A stretch of 64,000 nt of DNA from IMG/VR virus record IMGVR_UViG_3300028833_000058; one strand, given 5' to 3'. The notes under the pieces are model-generated. The model saw nothing but the letters and a program-made list of their open reading frames with translations, was not told the origin of the DNA and made no database searches. The stretch is from a virus (lineage: Duplodnaviria > Caudoviricetes). Shown one piece after another: positions 49,528 through 57,544 of the stretch (positions are counted from its first letter, which is position 1; every line of letters begins with the position of its first letter). Both the position numbers and the translations under genes were made by a program.

Positions 49528-50457
49528 TCACCATCTTTCGTTTTCAATATCTTCAGCTACTTTTAAAAGGTTTTTACAGCCATCACATTTTATTTTAGTT
49601 AAGTGTTCTGTCCAACAATTTCCATAATATTTACAATTTCCACATCTCTTTATATACTCCATACGTTCTTTTTTAGCGTCAGCTATATAACTTTCTACGT
49701 CATCATACCACTTAAAATACTCTAAATTATCGTTAGTGTAATAAACTGCACCAAACTTTCCATCTGGTGAAATTCTTATACACTGGTCATTCGTAGCTAT
49801 AGGATATGTTCGATTTAAACAAGATTTTAAACCGTTTTCTAAACACAATTTGTAGTCAAAATCCTTTTCGTGAGACGTGTAATAAGTTAAAATATTTATA
49901 AGAAAGTTTTCATATTGGTCTTGTGTGATTTTATATACATCGCCAGTGTTTATACTCGGATAGTATTTTACGAAAGACACCCATTGTATATTCAAACCGT
50001 TATATCCATCTAAAGCATCTTTTGGGGTTTTTCTTATGAGAGAAGGACTAACTATACTCAAAACTGTTAAATTTTCTAAATTTACACCTTTCTTCAGGAT
50101 AGACTTTATATAATCATAATCTGGTCTTTCTTCGTTTAAAGATGTTGAAAAGAAAGTATTCTTGAATATATGTAACTTTGAGATGTCATAGAAGTTCGTA
50201 GTTAAATAATTCTTACATTTGTATTGAATTAATATATCGTTTAACTCTTTTAAGTATGTATTCGGTAAGAGTGTTATCTCTCCACCATACAGATTAAATT
50301 TTTCAATTTCAAAATATTGTGAAATTTGTTTAAGTCTTTGTTTTAATGTATTTAAGTCCAATATTGATTCACCATGGTGATTGTTTAAATAACAAAACTC
50401 ACAATTGTTATTACAAAGGTACGTTGGAAAAATTGAAACGATTATTTTATTTTTCAT
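49528..50457 (-). CDS. radical SAM protein 3
   Basis: CNNNCEFC, YGGE, CIRISPDG, CGNCKYYGNC...CDGC. Likely start 50457. Confidence 0.9.
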   Translation of the reverse strand: MKNKIIVSIFPTYLCNNNCEFCYLNNHHGESILDLNTLKQRLKQISQYFEIEKFNLYGGEITLLPNTYLKELNDILIQYKCKNYLTTNFYDISKLHIFKNTFFSTSLNEERPDYDYIKSILKKGVNLENLTVLSIVSPSLIRKTPKDALDGYNGLNIQWVSFVKYYPSINTGDVYKITQDQYENFLINILTYYTSHEKDFDYKLCLENGLKSCLNRTYPIATNDQCIRISPDGKFGAVYYTNDNLEYFKWYDDVESYIADAKKERMEYIKRCGNCKYYGNCWTEHLTKIKCDGCKNLLKVAEDIENERW

Positions 50458-51268
50458 TCCTGACCCTTTCATAAAATTTTGGAAAGAAAGAACATCTTGT
50501 ATGTAATTTACAGGGAATACAATTTTTATTATACATACATGTAAGACATCTTTTTAAAACATGCGGCTTGTAGTTTTCTGCAAATACACATTTTTCTTGT
50601 ATCGTTCCGTTTGGTAAAATTGTTTTTGTATTGCAATTAAAATTCCAATTTAATATCTGTTCTTTTATTAAATTTTTTATCATCAAATTTTGAATTGTCC
50701 ATTCTTCATCTAATTTACATAACCAATCGTCTACTGTGTTTTGAAAATCGTCATTTAAGTCATTGTCAATGAGACATTCGAAAAGTATACTGTCAATGTT
50801 TTCAAAACTTTTAATGATTTCAATGAGATGTTCTGGATTCATTTTAACAACATCTTTGTCTAACGTTATCAATAGCAATGGTGATTTTTTTAAAAGTTTT
50901 AAGTTATTTAGCCAGATTTTAAACAATTCATTTGACGAAAATCTATTTGGATTCCAACTTGTTGCTACACTCAAGTCATGTTTGTTTATTTCGTCTATAA
51001 TTTGTTTATCTGTAAAGATAAGATTTGTTGTAATAGAGGTTATTACATCTGTATCTAAGATTTCTATAAAAAGTTTCTTATTAAGAGTAGGTTCCCCACC
51101 ATGAAGAATAAAATTTGCTTCTGGATATTTATGTTTTTGGGACAACATTGTTTTGAAAAAAACTTCTTTGTTAAAACTATACGGTTTATTTTTCACTGTA
51201 CAGTGCGAACAGTTTAGATTACATTTCCAACTAGGTACGATGTAAAATGTTAATTCAGATGAGTCCAT
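50447..51268 (-). CDS. radical SAM protein 2
   Basis: CNLNCSHC, HGGEP, TILPNG...C, CLTCMYNKNCIPC. Likely start 51268. Confidence 0.9.
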   Translation of the reverse strand: MDSSELTFYIVPSWKCNLNCSHCTVKNKPYSFNKEVFFKTMLSQKHKYPEANFILHGGEPTLNKKLFIEILDTDVITSITTNLIFTDKQIIDEINKHDLSVATSWNPNRFSSNELFKIWLNNLKLLKKSPLLLITLDKDVVKMNPEHLIEIIKSFENIDSILFECLIDNDLNDDFQNTVDDWLCKLDEEWTIQNLMIKNLIKEQILNWNFNCNTKTILPNGTIQEKCVFAENYKPHVLKRCLTCMYNKNCIPCKLHTRCSFFPKFYERVRNEK

Positions 51269-52205
51269 ATTTTGATAAATCATTGTAGTTTTCTTTCATC
51301 CATTTACATTGCTCATTCTTATATTGTTTAGAATAAAATACGTTTAGTGAGCAAGAATTACACAAATGGAACATTTTACATGTTAAACATTTTTCAAAAA
51401 GAACATCTTTTTGTATATTTATTTCATCTTTTGAACTTATAATATCTTCACAATGGTGTTCTATTAATTCTCCAGAGTTATTTACATAAACAACTTTATT
51501 GTATAAGCAATGTTTATACGACTTCGGATATGGACATTTTCCGTTATAAAATGCGTCTAAGCTTTCTAATTGGTCACCATATCCATTTTTTATAATATCT
51601 AAATATAGTTTGATTAACTTATATCTAGGATAGAAAGATTTACTTAACCCAAGTGGCATTTGTTGATTTAATTTAAATGTAGTACCTAGTTTTTTTGCCA
51701 ATTCACCTGCTTTTAGTACTTCGGTTTCATTGTTTTCGTTGACAATGTAAATAAACATTAGTTTTTCATTGTACATTTCATAAAATTTGTTAAAAATTTT
51801 TACAAATTCGTCTTCTGTGAACACTGAATTTTCTCTTCTGTCTTCACCATATTGAAAACTAGTGACTACCCCAACATGAGGGTTAGTAAAAAGATATTCA
51901 AATTTTTCTGGGTCTTTATACCATAGCGTTAAATTAGACGTTAATGACAAATTGTAATCAGTTCCATTCTGTTCTAAACAATTTATCAAGTCTAAAAAAT
52001 ACGTCTTTGGATTAACCAATGGTTCACCACCAGTTATAATTACATCAGATGGTTTATATTCTTTTAAAAACTGTTTTAATTTTTCAGGAACGTATTCGTG
52101 TAAAGGTATATTTAAAAGTTTAGCACTACAAAATGTACAATTAAAGTTACAAACACTAGTTGGTTTGATAATAAGTGTTTTTTTACCAAATTCTTTTTGA
52201 TTCAT
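51255..52205 (-). CDS. radical SAM protein 1
   Basis: IIKPTSVCNFNCTFC, TGGEP, CLTCKMFHLCNSC. Confidence 0.92.
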   Translation of the reverse strand: MNQKEFGKKTLIIKPTSVCNFNCTFCSAKLLNIPLHEYVPEKLKQFLKEYKPSDVIITGGEPLVNPKTYFLDLINCLEQNGTDYNLSLTSNLTLWYKDPEKFEYLFTNPHVGVVTSFQYGEDRRENSVFTEDEFVKIFNKFYEMYNEKLMFIYIVNENNETEVLKAGELAKKLGTTFKLNQQMPLGLSKSFYPRYKLIKLYLDIIKNGYGDQLESLDAFYNGKCPYPKSYKHCLYNKVVYVNNSGELIEHHCEDIISSKDEINIQKDVLFEKCLTCKMFHLCNSCSLNVFYSKQYKNEQCKWMKENYNDLSKYGLI

Positions 52206-52216
52206 GCCAGTAACCT

Positions 52217-52888
52217 TTATACTAATCCAAAAATTCTCACAGAAGGTAAAGATAACATAGCCTTATAAAATCCGAATTCTTTGGATATATTCTTTATAAT
52301 GTATTCGTATAAAACATGCTCATAGTCATTTGTGTAATATAGCCTAATCGCATCACATTCGATTGGATATTTTATTAGTATGTGTTTAATCGTTTCATAA
52401 AAAACAGGTTTTTCCTTTACAATCTTCCCCTTATAGGAATCGTATTCTATTAATTTATTATCTTTATTTTTTTCTAACAAAAATGTTACTTCATCTAAAG
52501 ATATTAAAAATTGTATTATGTCTTTTATTAATTCTTGATTACGATTTCTAAAAATCTTTATTTCATCTTGTGATAGTATTGATTCTCTAAAGATGATTTC
52601 ATTTGATACAAGATTCAATATACATTGATTAAATTGGTCTATACCCTTATCTAACATCAAATTTGCTTTTAAATATGTTAATAACCATAACTCTTTTGTT
52701 TCGTAGTCACAATTTTCAAAATCAAAAGAACAATTTAACTCTAAGTTTCTTATGTAGATGATTGCTGATAAAATCTGGTTATCCACATCTTCAAATTTTA
52801 TGTCATTGGGATTGATTACATACATGTTAGAAGAGTAATCTGTATCTTCAATGTATTCTTCATTCAGTGGTAATCCAGTGTGTTGCAT
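52217..52888 (-). CDS. hypothetical accessory protein of the radical SAM operon
   Basis: 223 aa, separated by 11-12 nt from both neighbours; no CxxxCxxC motif. Confidence 0.65.
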   Translation of the reverse strand: MQHTGLPLNEEYIEDTDYSSNMYVINPNDIKFEDVDNQILSAIIYIRNLELNCSFDFENCDYETKELWLLTYLKANLMLDKGIDQFNQCILNLVSNEIIFRESILSQDEIKIFRNRNQELIKDIIQFLISLDEVTFLLEKNKDNKLIEYDSYKGKIVKEKPVFYETIKHILIKYPIECDAIRLYYTNDYEHVLYEYIIKNISKEFGFYKAMLSLPSVRIFGLV

Positions 52889-52900
52889 GTTTTTCCTTTC

Positions 52901-53710
52901 TTATCTTCTGCTTCTATGGTTACTGTGGCAATTACTATGACAGTTAGAATGACACCAATATTTAACAAAAGTTACACAATTACTACCGTTTGGAGTTGAA
53001 GAACTACCATTCCACATCCATGAAGCATTGTTTACATCATCACAGTCTCTTTTAAAGTTGTCTAACTGTTGTTCTACATTTGCTATCGCTTTTATCAATT
53101 TGTTAATAGACATTGATGATATCTTCGTTGTGTTTAACACATACGTTGTATTATTGTTCCAATTTACAGAGCCTAACGGGTCTGATGAATATCTAGTAAC
53201 ATCTGTGTCTTTATTGTTAACTTTTGGTGGTAACTGTTCTGCGGTGCTAGTATATTCGTTTACAGATTGTTCGTTTACACGTGTGATATCAAAAGATTTT
53301 TTAAAATACGCCCATTTTACTTGCTCAATTGGTTTATTTAAATCAGATGGTAAAACTTGTTCTCCAGTTCCAGAAACGCTTTTTATATAAAGTTTTTTAC
53401 ATCTACCAAGTTCTACAAATACTTTTTTTATAAGTTCGTACGTAGTGTTAGCTTCAGGTATTTTGTTAGTATTGATAGTTGTGTCATTGTTTATAACATT
53501 GGCTATATCGGACAACAGTTCATTTCTTGAACATAAATATTTTTTATCAATGGCATCTGGAACAGAAGTAGTTGAATCCCAATAGTTAGTTTTAGGAAGT
53601 ATGTCATTGCATAAACTGTATAATCTGTCTTTAAAAGATGGTACAATTATGTCGTCTTTAGAAGTTATAACAGTGTTACCAGAAAGCTTTTTAGTAGTTA
53701 TTTGTACCAT
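52901..53710 (-). CDS. putative radical SAM substrate with a C-terminal (CHSN)3 repeat
   Basis: Ends ...KYWCHSNCHSNCHSNHRSRR*; first gene of the operon. Confidence 0.75.
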   Translation of the reverse strand: MVQITTKKLSGNTVITSKDDIIVPSFKDRLYSLCNDILPKTNYWDSTTSVPDAIDKKYLCSRNELLSDIANVINNDTTINTNKIPEANTTYELIKKVFVELGRCKKLYIKSVSGTGEQVLPSDLNKPIEQVKWAYFKKSFDITRVNEQSVNEYTSTAEQLPPKVNNKDTDVTRYSSDPLGSVNWNNNTTYVLNTTKISSMSINKLIKAIANVEQQLDNFKRDCDDVNNASWMWNGSSSTPNGSNCVTFVKYWCHSNCHSNCHSNHRSRR

Positions 53711-53742
53711 TTTATCCTCATTGTTTGTATTAATCTGTTATA

Positions 53743-53749
53743 TAGAACT
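53743..53749 (-). promoter_or_regulatory. AGTTCTA putative late-promoter motif
   Basis: TAGAACT on the + strand, about 33 nt upstream of the ATG at 53710. Confidence 0.6.
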
Positions 53750-53773
53750 TAACTGAATAACTAGTTTGATTAG

Positions 53774-53802
53774 AGTATAACTCAAAGTTATGAAATGTAA
53801 AG
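53774..53802 (-). promoter_or_regulatory. sigma70-like promoter candidate CTTTACA-N16-TATACT
   Basis: Read on the minus strand upstream of the rSAM operon. Confidence 0.4.
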
Positions 53803-53880
53803 TTAAAAAAACACAAAATTGTCTTTAATATTTTTAAAAATTTTATATTCTAATATATAGGAACATTAGAGGAGATTTGA

Positions 53881-54360
53881 TTGGAGATGAGTGGAAGTAA
53901 ATACGGGTCAAAAATAGATATAAACGAGATATTTCCTGCAGAATGGTACGAAAATGTAACCAATGCTGCTAATTACGTTATAAAAAATATTGATATACCA
54001 GATGAAAGGTTAGAAGATGTAATATTACATGTTATAGATTACAATATTAACAAACAAGTTGAATCAAAACTTCTTGATAAAGCTGCTGATGATTTACCTA
54101 ATTATTTTTCTTTTGTAGATGTATCAAGCGCAAGACTTTTTAATGATTTTAAGGAAATTTTAGACATTTGTAGCGTATGTCCCTCGTTTAAAGAACATGT
54201 CATTTATTTTCAAATTTATGACATGGAATACGATAAAAAAAGACTTAATTTTTGGAAGAAAATAGTCAAAAACGATTACCCTAACTTATCTATAACCACA
54301 CGAGAGTTGAAGGCCCAAGATTGTATAAAGTTAGTTATTCGTAAAATTTGTAAAGAATGA
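53881..54360 (+). CDS. hypothetical protein
   Basis: 159 aa with RBS GAGGAG before a TTG start; divergent from the rSAM operon. Confidence 0.55.
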   Translation: MEMSGSKYGSKIDINEIFPAEWYENVTNAANYVIKNIDIPDERLEDVILHVIDYNINKQVESKLLDKAADDLPNYFSFVDVSSARLFNDFKEILDICSVCPSFKEHVIYFQIYDMEYDKKRLNFWKKIVKNDYPNLSITTRELKAQDCIKLVIRKICKE

Positions 54361-54555
54361 TATAGGAATCTCAATGAACTGTTGACTTACACACTCTGGT
54401 GTCGATACAGTGCGGATAAGACCACCAGGAACTCTTAAATAAGTGACTTCACAACCAACTTTATTTGTGTCACAAACTACGTATTCAAAGCGTTTTAAAG
54501 CTTTTAGTTTTAGCTCATCTACCTCTTTGAAATTAGGATTTTTCTTTTTGAACAT
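54331..54555 (-). CDS. small hypothetical protein
   Basis: 74 aa ORF directly downstream of 54560..54778. Confidence 0.5.
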   Translation of the reverse strand: MFKKKNPNFKEVDELKLKALKRFEYVVCDTNKVGCEVTYLRVPGGLIRTVSTPECVSQQFIEIPISFFTNFTNN

Positions 54556-54559
54556 GCTA

Positions 54560-54778
54560 CTACTCGAACTGACGTTTTAAATAACTAAGAACGCTTGGAA
54601 ATTCTTTAACGTCTTCATCTGATAGCTGTAACATCTTTTTGTCAAATATCAACTTATCACCATCTATGGTGTAATTCTTCTTAATAAGGCTCTTAACTTC
54701 ACTCACAGATAAGTAAAGTTGATGCTTCGTAGAAGAAATCATCTTTATACCAGTTTCGTCTAAATTGATTATTCTCAT
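54560..54778 (-). CDS. small hypothetical protein
   Basis: 72 aa with RBS GGAG and an upstream promoter candidate. Confidence 0.55.
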   Translation of the reverse strand: MRIINLDETGIKMISSTKHQLYLSVSEVKSLIKKNYTIDGDKLIFDKKMLQLSDEDVKEFPSVLSYLKRQFE

Positions 54779-54802
54779 GGCGTTCTCCGTTTAATTTTCT
54801 AT

Positions 54803-54832
54803 AGTTTACAGTCCAATTGTGAAATTGTAAAG
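54803..54832 (-). promoter_or_regulatory. sigma70-like promoter candidate CTTTACA-N17-TAAACT
   Basis: Correct spacing, located upstream of the ATG at 54778. Confidence 0.5.
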
Positions 54833-54858
54833 TAAAATTTTATGATTAAACGAATTTA

Positions 54859-57168
54859 TTAAAAGGATGGCTCCCAATACGTTGTGGTACCGTCAATACT
54901 TCTGATACAAGTATCATTCAAGAGTATACACATATCATAACCAGGATTACTCCAGTTTGAACCAATCGTCATTGTTCCTGTTCCAGATGTGATTGGGAAT
55001 GTACCACCGTACATATTTATATCAAAAGAGTTGAGCGTCATCCATGCGCTAGAAGGAATATTGTCTTTTGTCCATTCGTTGTTATAATCTTGCGCATATA
55101 ATACTTCAACCATTGAACCGCTTTGAGTATATTTGAAGAACACATACATATCCATTCCGTCAAATGTTACACCACTTGCTAATTCTCCAAATATTGGAAC
55201 GTTTGCACCAAACATTTGACTATATGGGTCATTTACATTCCAATAACATAACGAGTTACCTGATATTTCAAAAGCACTCGCTTGTCCTATTGCCCACGAG
55301 CTTGAATCATAACTTAGTTTAACCTTTGTTATAAACTCAAACTCATCTGTTGGTAGAGTATAATCAGATGTAGCATAGTTGCTATAGTCTGTAGAAGATA
55401 ATATACCAGTTGTTGTATCTAATGTAGGAGTTCCTACCAAAGTAATATTAGAGGTTGGCAACGGGTCTAACGTAATCGATTCAGTTTGATTAGAACCTGT
55501 TAAGGTGATTGTTCCAGTTGTAGCTGCTGTTGTTGAAGTTCTTGCCACTGAATAGTCAATGGTTTTACCTGCACCATTTGCGATATTGATTGTATAAGTA
55601 CCACTAGATTTTGTAACAGGTATTTCTATATTACCAACTGTGAACTTTATAGAATCCACAGGGTCATTTGTAATTGAAACTGTTAAAGTTACATAAGATT
55701 GTGGTTCAGAGATACTGACATTTCTCGTTTCTCCTTCTGTGAGGTTATCAACTGTTTGATAATCAGCGATGTTACTACTTGGGAAATATGTTTGATATGG
55801 GAAATCACCTACACCAAAACTTGAGTATGTATTTATACCAGGTACTTGTGGATTCCAATATACATCTGTGCCAGTTTTTATATAACAATCTGCAAGATGA
55901 ATTGTTCCTGAGAATTGACCTGCAGCATTGTCATATCCAATCATATCACCCCAACCAAAATCTGTACGAAGTGTTAAGCTGTTAGAACCTTGTGTGTATG
56001 TTATTCCATCTGTTGACAGATATCCGTCAATAGTCATATTTGTTTCATCTATAACAAATTTAAACCAATATTTAGTATTTGGTGATAAACTGTTTAATCC
56101 AAAATCTAGAAAATTGTAACCATATTCATATTCCATGATTCCTATTGAAGTACCATCAAGTATGACACTGTAATTCATTGGACCATTTGCTCCATAGAAA
56201 AGTCCTTTCCATCCAGTTAAATCTGATGGAGTTGTAAAACAAATAACTGTTTCTATAGGAACAGATGAAGAAGGTTTTTGTACATCATATAAATAGTTAT
56301 TTGAATTAAAGTTTGATACATCACCAGTATAAACATCTAAAGTAGGATTACCTTGAATACTAAAGTTTGAATACTGTCCTTTGTTACTTTTTACAAAATC
56401 TTTATAAGATAAACAAGTAACTATATTTGGGTTCATACTAAAGTTAATTGTGGCAGCACCAATGTCATATAGGATAGTAGTATTAGTTCCACTAAACCCG
56501 TTTTTAACATCATCCCAGTTTTGTAATATACTTTCTAGTGTATATGGGAAGTGAACACTACATCCTGTAACACCTCTTAACATACCGTTAAATTGATTTG
56601 TATATGTGTTTCCGAAACTATTGGTTGTTAAAGCTGGAAAAGATAAAGATTGTAAAGATGTACAATCAGCGAATGCATATTGAAGAGCATTGTCTGAAGT
56701 AATAGATGATAAAAGTGGCAAAGAAACAGAAGTGAGTGATGAACAACCCTCAAAAATATCATAAAAACAGCTTGAACCAGATAAACTTGTTAAACTTGGA
56801 AAAGACGCTGATGTTAAATTTGAACAACCCATAAAAGTTTGATAACAAGCTTTTTCGTTTGATACACTAGTTAAGTCTGGGAAAGAAACTGTGGAAATAG
56901 TGCTGTTAGGAGCATGTTCATACCAAACACCACCAAATTGATTATACAATACACGACTTCCAATATCCCGAACACCTGTGAATACTAAATTTGTAGTAAC
57001 TCCAGATGGGTTTTGTAATACACCATTAGAATCTACATTACCAAGCAGACCGTCAAGAGTGGCACCATATTTAGTAGAAGTACCACCGCCACCTTCTTGC
57101 ATAAGAATGGCTTTACCATCGTCTAAAATTACTTCACCTGATGTATTAACTAAAACTTTTGTTGTCAT
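54859..57168 (-). CDS. LRR plus lectin-like adhesin (paralog of 37892 and 38757)
   Basis: Shared N-terminal motif, BspA-type LRRs and two beta-sandwich domains. Confidence 0.72.
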   Translation of the reverse strand: MTTKVLVNTSGEVILDDGKAILMQEGGGGTSTKYGATLDGLLGNVDSNGVLQNPSGVTTNLVFTGVRDIGSRVLYNQFGGVWYEHAPNSTISTVSFPDLTSVSNEKACYQTFMGCSNLTSASFPSLTSLSGSSCFYDIFEGCSSLTSVSLPLLSSITSDNALQYAFADCTSLQSLSFPALTTNSFGNTYTNQFNGMLRGVTGCSVHFPYTLESILQNWDDVKNGFSGTNTTILYDIGAATINFSMNPNIVTCLSYKDFVKSNKGQYSNFSIQGNPTLDVYTGDVSNFNSNNYLYDVQKPSSSVPIETVICFTTPSDLTGWKGLFYGANGPMNYSVILDGTSIGIMEYEYGYNFLDFGLNSLSPNTKYWFKFVIDETNMTIDGYLSTDGITYTQGSNSLTLRTDFGWGDMIGYDNAAGQFSGTIHLADCYIKTGTDVYWNPQVPGINTYSSFGVGDFPYQTYFPSSNIADYQTVDNLTEGETRNVSISEPQSYVTLTVSITNDPVDSIKFTVGNIEIPVTKSSGTYTINIANGAGKTIDYSVARTSTTAATTGTITLTGSNQTESITLDPLPTSNITLVGTPTLDTTTGILSSTDYSNYATSDYTLPTDEFEFITKVKLSYDSSSWAIGQASAFEISGNSLCYWNVNDPYSQMFGANVPIFGELASGVTFDGMDMYVFFKYTQSGSMVEVLYAQDYNNEWTKDNIPSSAWMTLNSFDINMYGGTFPITSGTGTMTIGSNWSNPGYDMCILLNDTCIRSIDGTTTYWEPSF

Positions 57169-57190
57169 AAATCTTTACCCCATGCTAAAG

Positions 57191-57523
57191 TTATTTTGTT
57201 TCTATTTCTTCGTTTTCTTCGATTTGTTTTCTTTTTCTTTTCATTATGAGTTTTGTTAACCATTCTCTAATGAAGTTGTTCAACCAGTCATACAATGGTC
57301 TACTGCATAATATGACAAGACCAGTTATACCTACTCTTGTTCTGCTGTCATTTATCCAGTAGTTTAACGCCAAATAACAAGAAGAACCTATTACAATAGC
57401 TATCAACATATCTTTGAAAAATTGTTTTTTTGTTTCATATCTTATTATACCTGTCATCAAGCAGACAAAGATAAAAAACCCAAATATTGTGATGTCTATT
57501 AACAATTTTTCATTTTCTAACAT
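57191..57523 (-). CDS. putative holin / small membrane protein
   Basis: 110 aa with three hydrophobic segments and a highly charged C-terminus. Confidence 0.55.
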   Translation of the reverse strand: MLENEKLLIDITIFGFFIFVCLMTGIIRYETKKQFFKDMLIAIVIGSSCYLALNYWINDSRTRVGITGLVILCSRPLYDWLNNFIREWLTKLIMKRKRKQIEENEEIETK

Positions 57524-57544
57524 TGATTCACCTCGTTATCAAAA

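Noticed and set aside
46356-52205. rSAM genes as a 7-deazaguanine or other DNA-modification pathway, or as an anaerobic RNR activase
   Set aside because: No FolE, QueC, QueD, DpdA or NrdD neighbours. The SPASM-like tails and the adjacent Cys-repeat protein point to peptide or protein substrates.
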